Part shown: piece by piece, positions 41,742-51,930 of the stretch | Numbering within the stretch: the stretch's first letter is position 1 | Layout: each line of letters opens with the position of its first letter | Assembly: GCA_030867685.1 (NCBI GenBank) | Contig: JAQOWU010000001.1 | Coordinates: 124,001 to 188,000, forward strand | Length of the DNA stretch: 64,000 nt | Origin: Wickerhamiella versatilis | Taxonomy: Eukaryota | Direction of reading: 5' to 3' | Program-made: the position numbers and the translations under genes | The notes under the pieces: model-generated | Databases searched by the model: none | What the model was told of the DNA's origin: nothing | Seen by the model: only the letters and a program-made list of their open reading frames with translations

Positions 41742-43451
41742 CTAAAAGTCCAACAACTCTCCACCAGCATCTTCTCCAATTGATAAAATTGAATTCAAGG
41801 TACCTGAAGCTGCTGCTACCAACCCAAGGATAGGACGGGAAGGATCCAAGACCTTTGACAAATACTCCGGATGATATTGTGTTCCAACAAAGTACGGTGA
41901 GCCATCCAACTCAAATGCCTCCATACGTGTTCCACTCTCATCTTTAGCAACAAAACGAAGTCCGGCTTCCTCAAGAGGGACAATACGGTCAGGATTGACT
42001 TCATATCGGTGACGGTGGCGTTCCCGCACTTCTTCGGGGCTACCATACAGCTTTCTGAGAGTGGAATCGCCGATAAACTTAGCCTCACGCTCGCCTAGAC
42101 GCATAGTTCCGCCCATATGCTCCTTATCAACCTCGGGCATATAAACAATGAAAGGGTCACACTCAGGTCCCCACTCAGCCGAGGCCGCATTCTTCACGCC
42201 TAGAACATTACGAGCGAATTCCACGACAGCAACTTGGAATCCTAGACAGATACCCAGATAGGGAATCTTGTTTTCGCGAGCCCACCGCGCGGCACTGATC
42301 ATACCTTCAATACCACGGTGGCCAAATCCTCCAGGAACGAGGATACCATCTGCCTGGCATACCCGCGCCCAGGACTCATGGAACGATGCCTTTCTACTAG
42401 GGCCATCCTCTAGCACCTCACTGTCTACCCAGGAAATTTTGAGCTTGCGGCCACAGCGCATCGCACTATGCTCGAGGGCCTTAACAACAGATATGTAAGA
42501 GTCCTGAAGATCTGTGTACTTGCCTACCAGTGCAATAGTGACCGTATCTTGAGAACGGTCCCGCCGTTCAGTCAACTCACGCCATCTTTGGAAGAGCTCA
42601 TTGCCAGCGCTGAGACGTTCCTGTGACAGCTGTACAGAATCAAGATGAAGGCGTTTGTTAAAAAAGTCCATGAGATGTAGATCCGACAACATCACAGGAA
42701 CATGGTAGGTGGAATTGACGTCATAAACACCTAATACTTGATTAGGGCCAACGTGACAGAACATGGAAATCTTGTTAACTGTCGAGTCAGCGAGCTTTTC
42801 TGGACAGCGGCATGCAACGATGTCAGGTGTGAGACCAAGACTTCGAAGTTCACGGATAGCAGCTTGTGTCGGCTTCGTCTTAGTTTCGCCATGAATTACT
42901 GGTACTAAAGACACATGAATGAGAGCAAAGTTCTCAGTACCAACACGGAACTGAAACTGGCGAAGGGCTTCAACAAACGGCATACTTTCGATGTCACCCA
43001 CAGTACCTCCGAGTTCGATGATACACACATCAGGCGACTGACCAGAACCGTCGACAGAAACATGGGCCACTTCCTCCAGCCAATCCTGGATTTCCGTGGT
43101 AAGGTGGGGCACAATCTGTACTGTTTTGCCCAAGTAATCACCACGACGTTCTTTCTCAATAACCCGAAGATAAATTTTACCTGTGGTCAGGTTATGAGCG
43201 CGAGTAAGATTGATGTTTAAATAACGCTCATAGTTGCCCAGGTCCAGGTCTGCCTCACCACCGTCTCTCAGTACAAACACTTCACCATGCTCCAACGGTG
43301 ACATCGTGCCTGCATCAATATTCATATACGGATCTATCTTGACAGATGTAACCCTGTATCCCGAAGACTTGAACAGCAATCCAACACTTGAAGCAATGAC
43401 TCCTTTGCCGATACCACTAATAACGCCCCCTGATACCACTACGTATTTCAT
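41742..43451 (-). CDS. URA7: CTP synthase
   Basis: MKYVVVSGGVISGIGKG, GICLGFQ, ERHRHRYEVN and QYHPE. Confidence 0.98.
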   Translation of the reverse strand: MKYVVVSGGVISGIGKGVIASSVGLLFKSSGYRVTSVKIDPYMNIDAGTMSPLEHGEVFVLRDGGEADLDLGNYERYLNINLTRAHNLTTGKIYLRVIEKERRGDYLGKTVQIVPHLTTEIQDWLEEVAHVSVDGSGQSPDVCIIELGGTVGDIESMPFVEALRQFQFRVGTENFALIHVSLVPVIHGETKTKPTQAAIRELRSLGLTPDIVACRCPEKLADSTVNKISMFCHVGPNQVLGVYDVNSTYHVPVMLSDLHLMDFFNKRLHLDSVQLSQERLSAGNELFQRWRELTERRDRSQDTVTIALVGKYTDLQDSYISVVKALEHSAMRCGRKLKISWVDSEVLEDGPSRKASFHESWARVCQADGILVPGGFGHRGIEGMISAARWARENKIPYLGICLGFQVAVVEFARNVLGVKNAASAEWGPECDPFIVYMPEVDKEHMGGTMRLGEREAKFIGDSTLRKLYGSPEEVRERHRHRYEVNPDRIVPLEEAGLRFVAKDESGTRMEAFELDGSPYFVGTQYHPEYLSKVLDPSRPILGLVAAASGTLNSILSIGEDAGGELLDF

Positions 43452-43835
43452 CTTCGTAGCTACTTCAGTTCGGGGGAATTTTTTTATTTAGTCAGCCTGT
43501 CTTTTTTATATGGGTGAGAAATCGGTGGTACAGGTAGATTTCCGCAAGATTCATAGTGCGATTTCAATAACCGTTAATTTACGGGTATAAAACATAATTA
43601 TATAAATTTGAAAAGTATTTTTAAAACATTTTAGGTGTAAAGGATGAACTAGGTTTCTGTAACAGAGTTAACAACGGGATATCTATTACTCTCTTGATCA
43701 TCTTATTCAAGAATTGGATATATATGGGCTAATTTCAGTACTTTGTCACAGCGCAATTCCTCACAACTAGTCAGTAAGTCCCTTTCTCCTTCTGGAGCAC
43801 GAGGCTAACGTTACTAATCATCCTCACTGCAAGGA

Positions 43836-45002
43836 ATGAGCGAGAGGCGGCCCTTAATGCCCCGTGTGGATAGCCCGACTTCTCCAGGGAGAGCCTCGAG
43901 TTCAGCTGTTTCAAGAGGTACTGGGGCCCCGCGCACCAGACATGGCCCTCAACGTACCTCGTATACTAACCAAAAATTGAAGATATTGCCTGATGGTCCA
44001 GAGGGTTCTGACAAGTCGGATGAGACGGATAATGAAGTATACTCCCAGCTCGGTCAAATCACAGATACTGTGGCAAGAAGGGATGCGGAAAGACTGGGGA
44101 AGGCACATCGCAATCTACTTCCAAGAGTGACCGCCTACTGTACGGCAGGCAGCTACCGAATTAATGAATTTTTCCGATATTTGAAAGGCAGAGACGCAAG
44201 TCCTAAGATATACGATGAATGCCTCTATTCAAGGTATGAGTATCAACGTGAAGGTGAGACGGCCCATCCTAATGTAACTAGGTTTCATGACGAAGGCGGC
44301 GAAATTGATATGAGCTATCGGCGCAGTGAGATATTCGCTTTTCAGTATGGTGTGGTTGTTCTATGGGGCTTTTTGGAAAAGGAAGAGCACAGGTTTCTTG
44401 GAGAGCTTGCTCGTTTCGAGAAAGAAAAGCTTGCAGATGAAGATGTCCAAGTTGAGGAATTCAATTACTATATTACACAAAGTTACCAACCCCGCATATA
44501 CAATGATTTCTTCTCTCTGAAGGATAATAACCACATGGTAAAGTTGAGTATCTCACATGCCATTGCACAGTCTGTCAAAATATCTCTTTTCGAAGAAATC
44601 GTGGATAATACTATCACTGATACTCAAGATTTTCCCAAAGAAATAGCAGAGACGGGGAAAATAAGTATGAATCACAAAGATGTTATGAGATCAATTGGTG
44701 AGTTATTTATCTTGCGTATCAGCATCAATCTCCATGGATCTGTACTGGATAGCCCTGAGCTCATGTGGGCAGAGCCACAGCTTGAACCTACGTATCAGGC
44801 CACTCGAGGTTATCTCGAAATTGAACAAAGGGTAAACCTCCTTAATGCAAGGTTGGAAGTGATTTCGGACCTGCTACAGATGTTGAAAGAGCAACTGGGC
44901 CACGTGCATGGCGAATACCTGGAAATCATAGTGATATGGCTTATAGCAGCAGAAATTGTCGTTGCTCTGGTAAATATTCTTGTGGACATATATGCATCCT
45001 AA
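43836..45002 (+). CDS. RMD1: Rmd1 (DUF155) protein
   Basis: LPRVTAYCTA, YGVVVLWG, SHAIAQSVKISLFE, GSVLDSPE and RGYLEIEQRV; C-terminal TM segment. Confidence 0.92.
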   Translation: MSERRPLMPRVDSPTSPGRASSSAVSRGTGAPRTRHGPQRTSYTNQKLKILPDGPEGSDKSDETDNEVYSQLGQITDTVARRDAERLGKAHRNLLPRVTAYCTAGSYRINEFFRYLKGRDASPKIYDECLYSRYEYQREGETAHPNVTRFHDEGGEIDMSYRRSEIFAFQYGVVVLWGFLEKEEHRFLGELARFEKEKLADEDVQVEEFNYYITQSYQPRIYNDFFSLKDNNHMVKLSISHAIAQSVKISLFEEIVDNTITDTQDFPKEIAETGKISMNHKDVMRSIGELFILRISINLHGSVLDSPELMWAEPQLEPTYQATRGYLEIEQRVNLLNARLEVISDLLQMLKEQLGHVHGEYLEIIVIWLIAAEIVVALVNILVDIYAS

Positions 45003-45173
45003 GTTATAGTTTATTGCGCTGGTCGCTTATATACAGAAAACTTAACATTTGTTTTGAACGGATTTAGAAAAAAAACTTGCTGACCGCATGATCAATTAGG
45101 CAGCCGTTCAATATATCAGAAACCTTGTAGATCACCCAATTCAGTTTAAAATTGCTGACTAATCAAACTTCTT

Positions 45174-46808
45174 ATGGACAGGGGCCGACGATTATTTGCC
45201 ACAGGGCATGATATTCCCCTTTCACCGGCACCTTCGCCGGTACCATCGATAAGACGACTCAATTTCCGGCCAGCCCCTCTCTCACCAGAGGCTCAGAGAA
45301 CACCTGAGCATCTAAAGAAGTTCGTTAAAGTTTTTGCGGGGTTTCCTAAGGAGGAGCAGGTCTCCTTCATGAAAGAATTGCTCGATACAGTCCCACGTGA
45401 GGTATTAGTCGAGTTACAAAACCTCATCTCGCCTAAGCTGAGACATGATCCGTTCACATTTCTTCCCACTGAGATATGTCTGCGTATCCTTAGCTACATT
45501 AGGGATCCTCAGAGCCTTGCTGCAGCTTCTCAAGTCAGTAAAAGATGGTATCTGCTTTTATCTGACGACTCTACATGGAAAACGCTATGTGAAACCCATC
45601 AATATCGGAGGCTGAGTGCTGCTGGCACTCGGCCAGCATTATTTACTACAGAGACTCTGAAATCAAAGGCGATGCAGGCATCGTCAGTTGAAATCGAGGA
45701 TCCAAGCCTGATTGAAGCAACGTATGATCCAGAGGCCTGTGCACCGAGACCGCCCACATCATATCGCAGTCATTTTCGCCAGCAGTATCTCTTGAGTGCG
45801 GCTTGGAGAAGCGGAGGAAGGGTGGCTGCACGGTATAAGCTGAAGCACACTAACCCTGCTGCTATTGTTACTGTTGTACTAATGCAAGATGGCTATATCT
45901 GTGTTGCCTTGGACACGTCTCGAGTACTAATATTTCAAGAGGATGGTAGACTCCTCCATTCATTATATGGGCATGTCATGGGAGTATGGGCGCTTGCATT
46001 GAGTGGAAATACACTAGTGACAGGTGGGTGCGATCGTGATGTCCGCGAATGGGATCTTACTACCGGGGCTTGTCGCAAAATATTGCGTGGTCACACTTCA
46101 ACGGTTCGGTGTCTTGCTATGGCAGGCCCCTCTGTGGCTGTAAGTGGAGGTCGGGATGCCACCGTGAGAGTATGGGACCTTGCAAGGGGTAGGTCGTCAT
46201 TCCGCCTTGCTGGACACACAGGTAGTGTTCGACGCCTGGAGGTGATTGGGGATTACATTGTGAGCGCGTCTTATGATTGTACGGCACGGATATGGCGTCT
46301 TGATACAGGTGAACTAGTCCATATATTGGCGGGGCATCTCAATCAGATTTATTCCCTGGCAGTAAATGACAAAATAGTGGCCACGGGGTCTATGGATCAC
46401 ACAGTACGCTTGTGGGACCTTCACACAGGTGCTTCGCTCGCGGTATTGCAAGGGCACTCTGCCCTCGTAGGACAGCTTCAACTCTATGGGAATAAACTAC
46501 TCAGTGGTGGCTCTGATGGCGCATTAAGGGTCTGGGATACAGCTACCTACGAATGTCTAATAAGAATAGCAGCTCATGATAACTCTATTACGACAATGCA
46601 ATTTGACAGTGAGCGCATTGTATCTGGGGGACCAGATGGATATGTTCACATATGGTCTTCGAAGACTGGAGAGCACATCCGACAACTTAACAATCGTCCG
46701 CTCAGAAATGTTTGGGGAATTGCCTTCAGATACGATAGATTGTGTCTCGTGAGTGCTGAAGATGACGGCACTGTTGTTGAATTATTTTCTTTTGTGCCCA
46801 ATCAGTAG
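45174..46808 (+). CDS. F-box/WD40 SCF substrate receptor (Fbw7/Cdc4-related)
   Basis: F-box DPFTFLPTEICLRILSYI...SQVSKRW; about seven WD40 repeats starting GHVMGVWAL...GGCDRDVREW. Confidence 0.9.
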   Translation: MDRGRRLFATGHDIPLSPAPSPVPSIRRLNFRPAPLSPEAQRTPEHLKKFVKVFAGFPKEEQVSFMKELLDTVPREVLVELQNLISPKLRHDPFTFLPTEICLRILSYIRDPQSLAAASQVSKRWYLLLSDDSTWKTLCETHQYRRLSAAGTRPALFTTETLKSKAMQASSVEIEDPSLIEATYDPEACAPRPPTSYRSHFRQQYLLSAAWRSGGRVAARYKLKHTNPAAIVTVVLMQDGYICVALDTSRVLIFQEDGRLLHSLYGHVMGVWALALSGNTLVTGGCDRDVREWDLTTGACRKILRGHTSTVRCLAMAGPSVAVSGGRDATVRVWDLARGRSSFRLAGHTGSVRRLEVIGDYIVSASYDCTARIWRLDTGELVHILAGHLNQIYSLAVNDKIVATGSMDHTVRLWDLHTGASLAVLQGHSALVGQLQLYGNKLLSGGSDGALRVWDTATYECLIRIAAHDNSITTMQFDSERIVSGGPDGYVHIWSSKTGEHIRQLNNRPLRNVWGIAFRYDRLCLVSAEDDGTVVELFSFVPNQ

Positions 46809-47021
46809 GGGAAATTAATATGATACCTAAAGCCTATGTCTAAATAATTTTTTATCTAACTCACTAGCTATGCCTTACTTGGCCGATATTGTTCCTTGAT
46901 ATATCGCTACAGCATAGCTTTTCATCAAGACAAGCCATCATCATCAGTTACAAAATAGGGCTAGGGTGTCATTGATCTTTGGACTTAGTAAAAAACTTTT
47001 TTCGCATCTCATACTTCGGTC

Positions 47022-48702
47022 ATGACATTTGCTCCCTCTCGTGAAGATATTGCCGCTGCATTGAAGCAGTATGAGCATGCAGATGGGCTAAGTGTATATG
47101 AACTCATCAATTCTCGTACAAATGGTGGACTTACATATAATGATATTTTGATGCTTCCGGGAAGAGTCGATTTTCCTGCGAAAAATGTAACTCTCGATTC
47201 GAAAGTTACCAAGAAAATATCATTGAAGCTTCCCTTGGTGTCTAGTCCTATGGATACTGTCACTGAGTCCGATATGGCTATTCACATGGCACTCCTTGGT
47301 GGCATGGGAATCATTCACCATAACTGCACCCCAGATGAGCAGGCCGAGATGGTACGAAAAGTCAAGAAGTATGAGAATGGTTTCATTACTGATCCCATCG
47401 CGATCCCACCTACTCTTACTGTTGCAAAGGTTAAGGATCTTGCTACAAAACTCGGTTTTGCGGGTTTCCCTGTTACAGGTAAGTACAATGATGCTCCAAG
47501 CATAAAAACTTTCGTTCTTCCGTTAGCGTAAAAGCATATGAAGGACAACTTATATACCACTATGTGGAACTGAGAACTAACACATTACAGATACTGGAAA
47601 AGTTGGAGGTAAGCTACTAGGAATTGTCACATCGCGAGATGTGGAATTCCATGATCCATCTCTGAGCGTTACTGAGGTAATGACCAAAGATGTGATAACT
47701 GCAAAGGTTGGTGCAACTCTGTCAGAGAGTAACAGACTTTTGAAAGACTCAAGAAAAGGTAAGCTGCCAATTTTGGATGATGAAGGTAACCTTGTTTCTT
47801 TGCTGAGCCGTACAGACTTGAAGAAGAATCAATTTTATCCCTTGGCCTCAAAATCAAAGGACTCTAAGCAGCTGCTTTGCGGTGCCGCTATCGGCACCCA
47901 CCCCGGTGACAGACAGCGTATTGACAAGCTTGCCGCGGCCGGCCTTGATGTGGTTGTTCTTGATTCGTCTCAAGGTAACTCTAGCTTCCAGTCTGACATG
48001 CTGAAGTACATCAAGACCACGCATCCGCAGGTTGAAGTAGTTGCAGGCAATGTAGTTACCCGTGAACAGGCAGCACAATTGATAGCCGACGGCGCCGATG
48101 GGCTTCGTATTGGTATGGGCTCAGGTTCGATTTGTATCACTCAGGAAGTCATGGCAGTGGGTCGTCCACAGGCCACCGCAGTACGCAGTGTGGCCGAATT
48201 TGCAGCTAAGTTTGGTGTACCCACGATGGCAGACGGTGGTGTATCTAACATCGGACACATCACCAAGGCCTTGGCACTTGGAGCTTCCTGTGTCATGATG
48301 GGATCGCTTCTTGCCGGTACCACTGAATCGCCAGGTGAGTATTTCTATCGTGATGGCAAGCGCTTGAAGGTATATCGTGGTATGGGCTCTATTGAGGCTA
48401 TGCAGCAGACTGGCACCGATGCGAATGCTGCTACCTCGCGTTATTTCTCCGAAAGTGACGCAGTCCTTGTTGCCCAGGGTGTTTCAGGATCTGTCGTCGA
48501 CAAGGGTTCGGTCACAAAGTTTGTGCCTTACCTTATGTCTGGTCTCCAGCACAGCCTTCAGGATATCGGCGTCCAGAGTGTGACGGAGCTGCGTAGTGGA
48601 GTGAATGACGGTACTGTGCGCTTTGAGCTGCGCACTGCATCAGCTCAAATCGAAGGAAATGTGCACGGCCTTCACTCCTACGAGAAGCGCCTTCACAGTT
48701 GA
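47022..48702 (+). CDS. IMD4: IMP dehydrogenase, two exons (47022-47478, 47591-48702)
   Basis: [16 protein letters not shown] and [11 protein letters not shown]. Intron 47479-47590 runs GTAAGT...AACTAAC...TACAG; splicing restores the frame ([22 protein letters not shown]). Confidence 0.96.
47484..47577 (+). ncRNA. snR54: Intronic box C/D snoRNA, snR54-like (guides 18S rRNA 2'-O-methylation)
   Basis: C box ATGATGC at 47488-47494; guide AACTTTCGTTCTT at 47507-47519, complementary to 18S AAGAACGAAAGUU; C'-like ATGAAGG; D box CTGA at 47570-47573. S. cerevisiae snR54 lies in the IMD4 intron. The ends are approximate. Confidence 0.85.
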
Positions 48703-48939
48703 AAGGATGGAATTTTAGTTATTCTCGCAAAATAATGTTTCTGTGGATCTTATAAGTATATATATATCACTTATCTAGAAAAGCTACTGCTATGTTATGT
48801 GCAATTGTGTCACAATCCTAGCCATTACCATCGTGGAGAGGATGCTGCCACTTTGCCATCCCGCCAGGTTATTTAAAATAATATTATCATGAATATTTAC
48901 GTGCAAAAAATTATATACTTCCCTAACTACCAATGCCGG

Positions 48940-49400
48940 TTATTCCTTGGCAGCATTAACGGTTGATTTCACCATTTCTTTTGCCAGCATCACCTCACTC
49001 AATGGTCCTCCACTAGCAACGGCCACAACTCCACTGTCATCATTCATTGGAATATGACTCGACAATAGTGCATTATCATCTTTATTAACTGCAACAAGCT
49101 GATCTAGGTGACCCATTTTGAGACTTTCCGCAAATTGGCTAAAGTTAATGTAATGGGTTGTTAGCGCATCAATAACTTCTGTATTGCCAGATTTAATTCT
49201 TCTTTCAATAACCTGGCCCGACTCATTGCACAACTGAACATCGGCGTCGACGCCTTCTAGTACTTTGTCCATCTCTGTACGACGGACGACACCGTTGTTA
49301 ATAATCGAGCTATTGATCTATTAGCCCGTTATGGACTTTTTGTGAGCCATCTTTGGGTCTCTCGGTATCCAATATGAAGTATAACATACGTATGAATCAT
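48940..49400 (-). CDS. Roadblock/LC7-fold protein (LAMTOR/Ragulator-like), probably two exons (49400-49390, 49309-48940)
   Basis: ATGATTCATAC|GTATGT...GGCTAAT...CAATAG| defines an 80-nt intron and gives in-frame MIHTSIINNGVVRRTE+MDKVLEGV. The inferred alpha-beta-beta-alpha-beta-beta-beta-alpha pattern (VQLCNESGQVI; SLKMGHLDQLVAV; VVAVAS) fits the roadblock fold. Confidence 0.55.
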
Positions 49401-49562
49401 GCTGCTGTGTATCTGAGTCGTTATTATTTACTCGAATGACTTGAGATATCGCATTAATATAAATGGGTCTGTCAAAATATTGGAGTTCGTATTACTTCTA
49501 CTTCTAATGCAGTTTATCGTTTGTTTTTTTTCTTAGAATTTGGAAAAAAATTCCATGTAGGC

Positions 49563-50531
49563 TTAATTAGCGCTCAACTCGGGATAGAACACGGCCACCG
49601 TATTATTCCAAGCTGCCTCTATAACGTCGCTTTCAGGAACATTATGAACAGCTGCCACTACCGCAGCAACTCGATCTATCTCAAAAGGTTCACATCTTCC
49701 TTTCACGCATTGCCCTCTAACAAATTTTTCCGGTTTTTTCGACTCAATCTCAGGAGCAGGTGCCAATTTGTGTGATGCATGCGTAGGTCTAATTTGACAC
49801 CAGGGTCCGTCGGTTTCAAGCATGATTTTGTTCAGAGGGATTCGAGCTACGACTTCTAAATTCTCCTTGGTCTTCAAGGAGCAGCCATTAATCCCAATAT
49901 AAAGTCCTAGTTCAAGTAGTTTTTCAACCTCTGATTGGGTACCCGTGAACGAATGTACGACACCACCCCGCTGTATCTTGCCTTCTTTCACATAAGGGGA
50001 TAGCAATTCATAGAAATCATCTGCACAGGCACGTGAATGAAGGAACAAAGGAAGGCCGGTCCGAGCCGCAAGTTCCAGTTGTTTGGCAAAGACCGGGCGT
50101 TGCACATCCTTGGAAGCATAGTGCAAACGATCGTAGTCCAGCCCAAATTCGCCAAAAGCCCGAATCGTGTTATCCTTCTTCCCCTCCTCTATTAAACTCT
50201 GCAGATCAGCCCAATATTGAGATGCCGCTGCTTTATCTTGAGGCACTTCAGATGAGGAGCAAGGATGAACACCCGCTGTGCAGGCTAAGAACCCTGGATA
50301 TTTCTTGACAAGTTCTCGAGCGGATTTACTTTCTTCAAGGCTGGAGCCGGTGACAAGAATGTGACGGACACCAGTATTATGAGCCCGCTGCAACACCTCG
50401 TCAAGGTCCTCTTCATGTTTTCTACGTCCATGGTAGATGCCACTAAATTGTGGGTCGGTCAAGTTCGCCCCGATATCTATAAGCTTCTTTGGTGCCATCA
50501 TCATCCGGGTGGACTTGAGTAATCGGCTCAT
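49563..50531 (-). CDS. TatD-family DNase (YBL055C/TATDN1-like)
   Basis: IDIGANLTDPQF.G.Y, TAGVHP, GEFGLDYDRL, LFLHSR, GVVHSFTG and LETDGPWC. Confidence 0.95.
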   Translation of the reverse strand: MSRLLKSTRMMMAPKKLIDIGANLTDPQFSGIYHGRRKHEEDLDEVLQRAHNTGVRHILVTGSSLEESKSARELVKKYPGFLACTAGVHPCSSSEVPQDKAAASQYWADLQSLIEEGKKDNTIRAFGEFGLDYDRLHYASKDVQRPVFAKQLELAARTGLPLFLHSRACADDFYELLSPYVKEGKIQRGGVVHSFTGTQSEVEKLLELGLYIGINGCSLKTKENLEVVARIPLNKIMLETDGPWCQIRPTHASHKLAPAPEIESKKPEKFVRGQCVKGRCEPFEIDRVAAVVAAVHNVPESDVIEAAWNNTVAVFYPELSAN

Positions 50532-50584
50532 ACGTACGCAAGATGAATCTATGCTGGAAAGTACACTTAAGTTAGATTATTTAA

Positions 50585-51619
50585 CTATAGCCAGCGTTGT
50601 ACGATCGCAGCACCAGCAACCCCTGCATCTTTCAGAGATTGTGTGTGATCGTTTAAATCTTTTCGCGGGAACGGGAGCTGAAGGATGTACCGTCGCCCAT
50701 TGCTGAAAGTATCGGCAAAATCGTAAAGCTGTTGTACGGGACCATCACTCTGGAACGAGCGACGATGTGCTGTTCCATTAGCGAGTCGTACCTGAACTTG
50801 AGTGTCACCCTCGTCCTCCGAAGGAAGTGTCGTCGGCTGGGCAGAGGTGGACGCGACATTCTCCTCCGGTTGTGGGGTGGCCTGGTGCGAGGTAGAGACG
50901 GGTATCCCAAGACGCTGGCCCTCCCCACTAAATACGGGCTTCTCAGGGATGAAATCCTCGTTCGGTCTTTGCTCAATTTGGACATCAACCATTTGGTTTG
51001 GCCGTACATTCAGAAGCCCAACCGGTGCACGACCCATATTGATGGCCCTAAGATACCCCTGGTTCTCGGGATCACTGAATGAATAAAATTCACCATTTTC
51101 GACACTAAATCCATTCCTCCAGAATATCAATAATCGCTTCACCCTCTCCAAAGATGCCTCACCGTCATCATCCTCGTCTTCAACAATCTCTTCGCCAGGT
51201 TCAGCCTCAGATCCCAGCTTAAAACCTCTACCATGGAATTGGCTAGCATGCTCTGGCTCGGCGCTGTCAAGTTCCTCGGGGGGTGGTCCCTGACGTGCTT
51301 TAGACAAAATTTGGTCCACAAGACCTCTCCTTCGATTACGATCATTGGGATCCTGAACAGCCAATGCACTCTTTTCACCACCGGTGAAGAGCTTGTTGTC
51401 CTCCTCTTGCTTCTGTAGATCGCTGAATGTCGAGAATCTGTGCCGCGGTGCTCTATGTAAGGCCTGCGTTCCTCGAGAGCTTGCAGGTGCACCCTGTCCC
51501 TGGAAGTATGCTACAACAGCTGCGTTCGCATCTTGGGCATATGCCTGTAAGTACCGCTGCGCCTGCGCAGCAGATGCTCCCGTGGCGTCCATAAACGCAC
51601 GCTCAGCTTCACTCACCAT
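50585..51619 (-). CDS. SHP1: Cdc48 cofactor Shp1/Ubx1 (p47)
   Basis: UBA-like N-terminus, FTGGEKSALAVQDP, SEP domain FWRNGFSV..GRAP, SHP box FSGEGQRLG and C-terminal UBX. Confidence 0.95.
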   Translation of the reverse strand: MVSEAERAFMDATGASAAQAQRYLQAYAQDANAAVVAYFQGQGAPASSRGTQALHRAPRHRFSTFSDLQKQEEDNKLFTGGEKSALAVQDPNDRNRRRGLVDQILSKARQGPPPEELDSAEPEHASQFHGRGFKLGSEAEPGEEIVEDEDDDGEASLERVKRLLIFWRNGFSVENGEFYSFSDPENQGYLRAINMGRAPVGLLNVRPNQMVDVQIEQRPNEDFIPEKPVFSGEGQRLGIPVSTSHQATPQPEENVASTSAQPTTLPSEDEGDTQVQVRLANGTAHRRSFQSDGPVQQLYDFADTFSNGRRYILQLPFPRKDLNDHTQSLKDAGVAGAAIVQRWL

Positions 51620-51930
51620 GTGGCGTGGTTGACTAATGAAAATAGTGACTATAGGATCAGTTCACTACAAGAGCATTCGGCATACTAATATATAACCAGT
51701 TCCAAATTCTCAGAATTTAAGTCTGGATTTGGCAGGTCGCTTGCCAACACTCTAGATTTGGGCGTCTTCGAGCATTTAGATTACTTGATAAGCAATTGCA
51801 GCTAAAAGAAACGAACACGGATTCGTGACAATAGTTGGCGTTCAGCAAGTAAAGAATATTGCACACTGTAACAGTGGGATTTAGCTTCCACTGCGTGTAT
51901 GTGCAGGCCACAGTGCGTTACACCTTAGTC

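Noticed and set aside
51645..51675. GACTATAGGATCAGTTC resembling U3 snoRNA box A
   Set aside because: Only a partial match, with no boxes C', B, C or D downstream.
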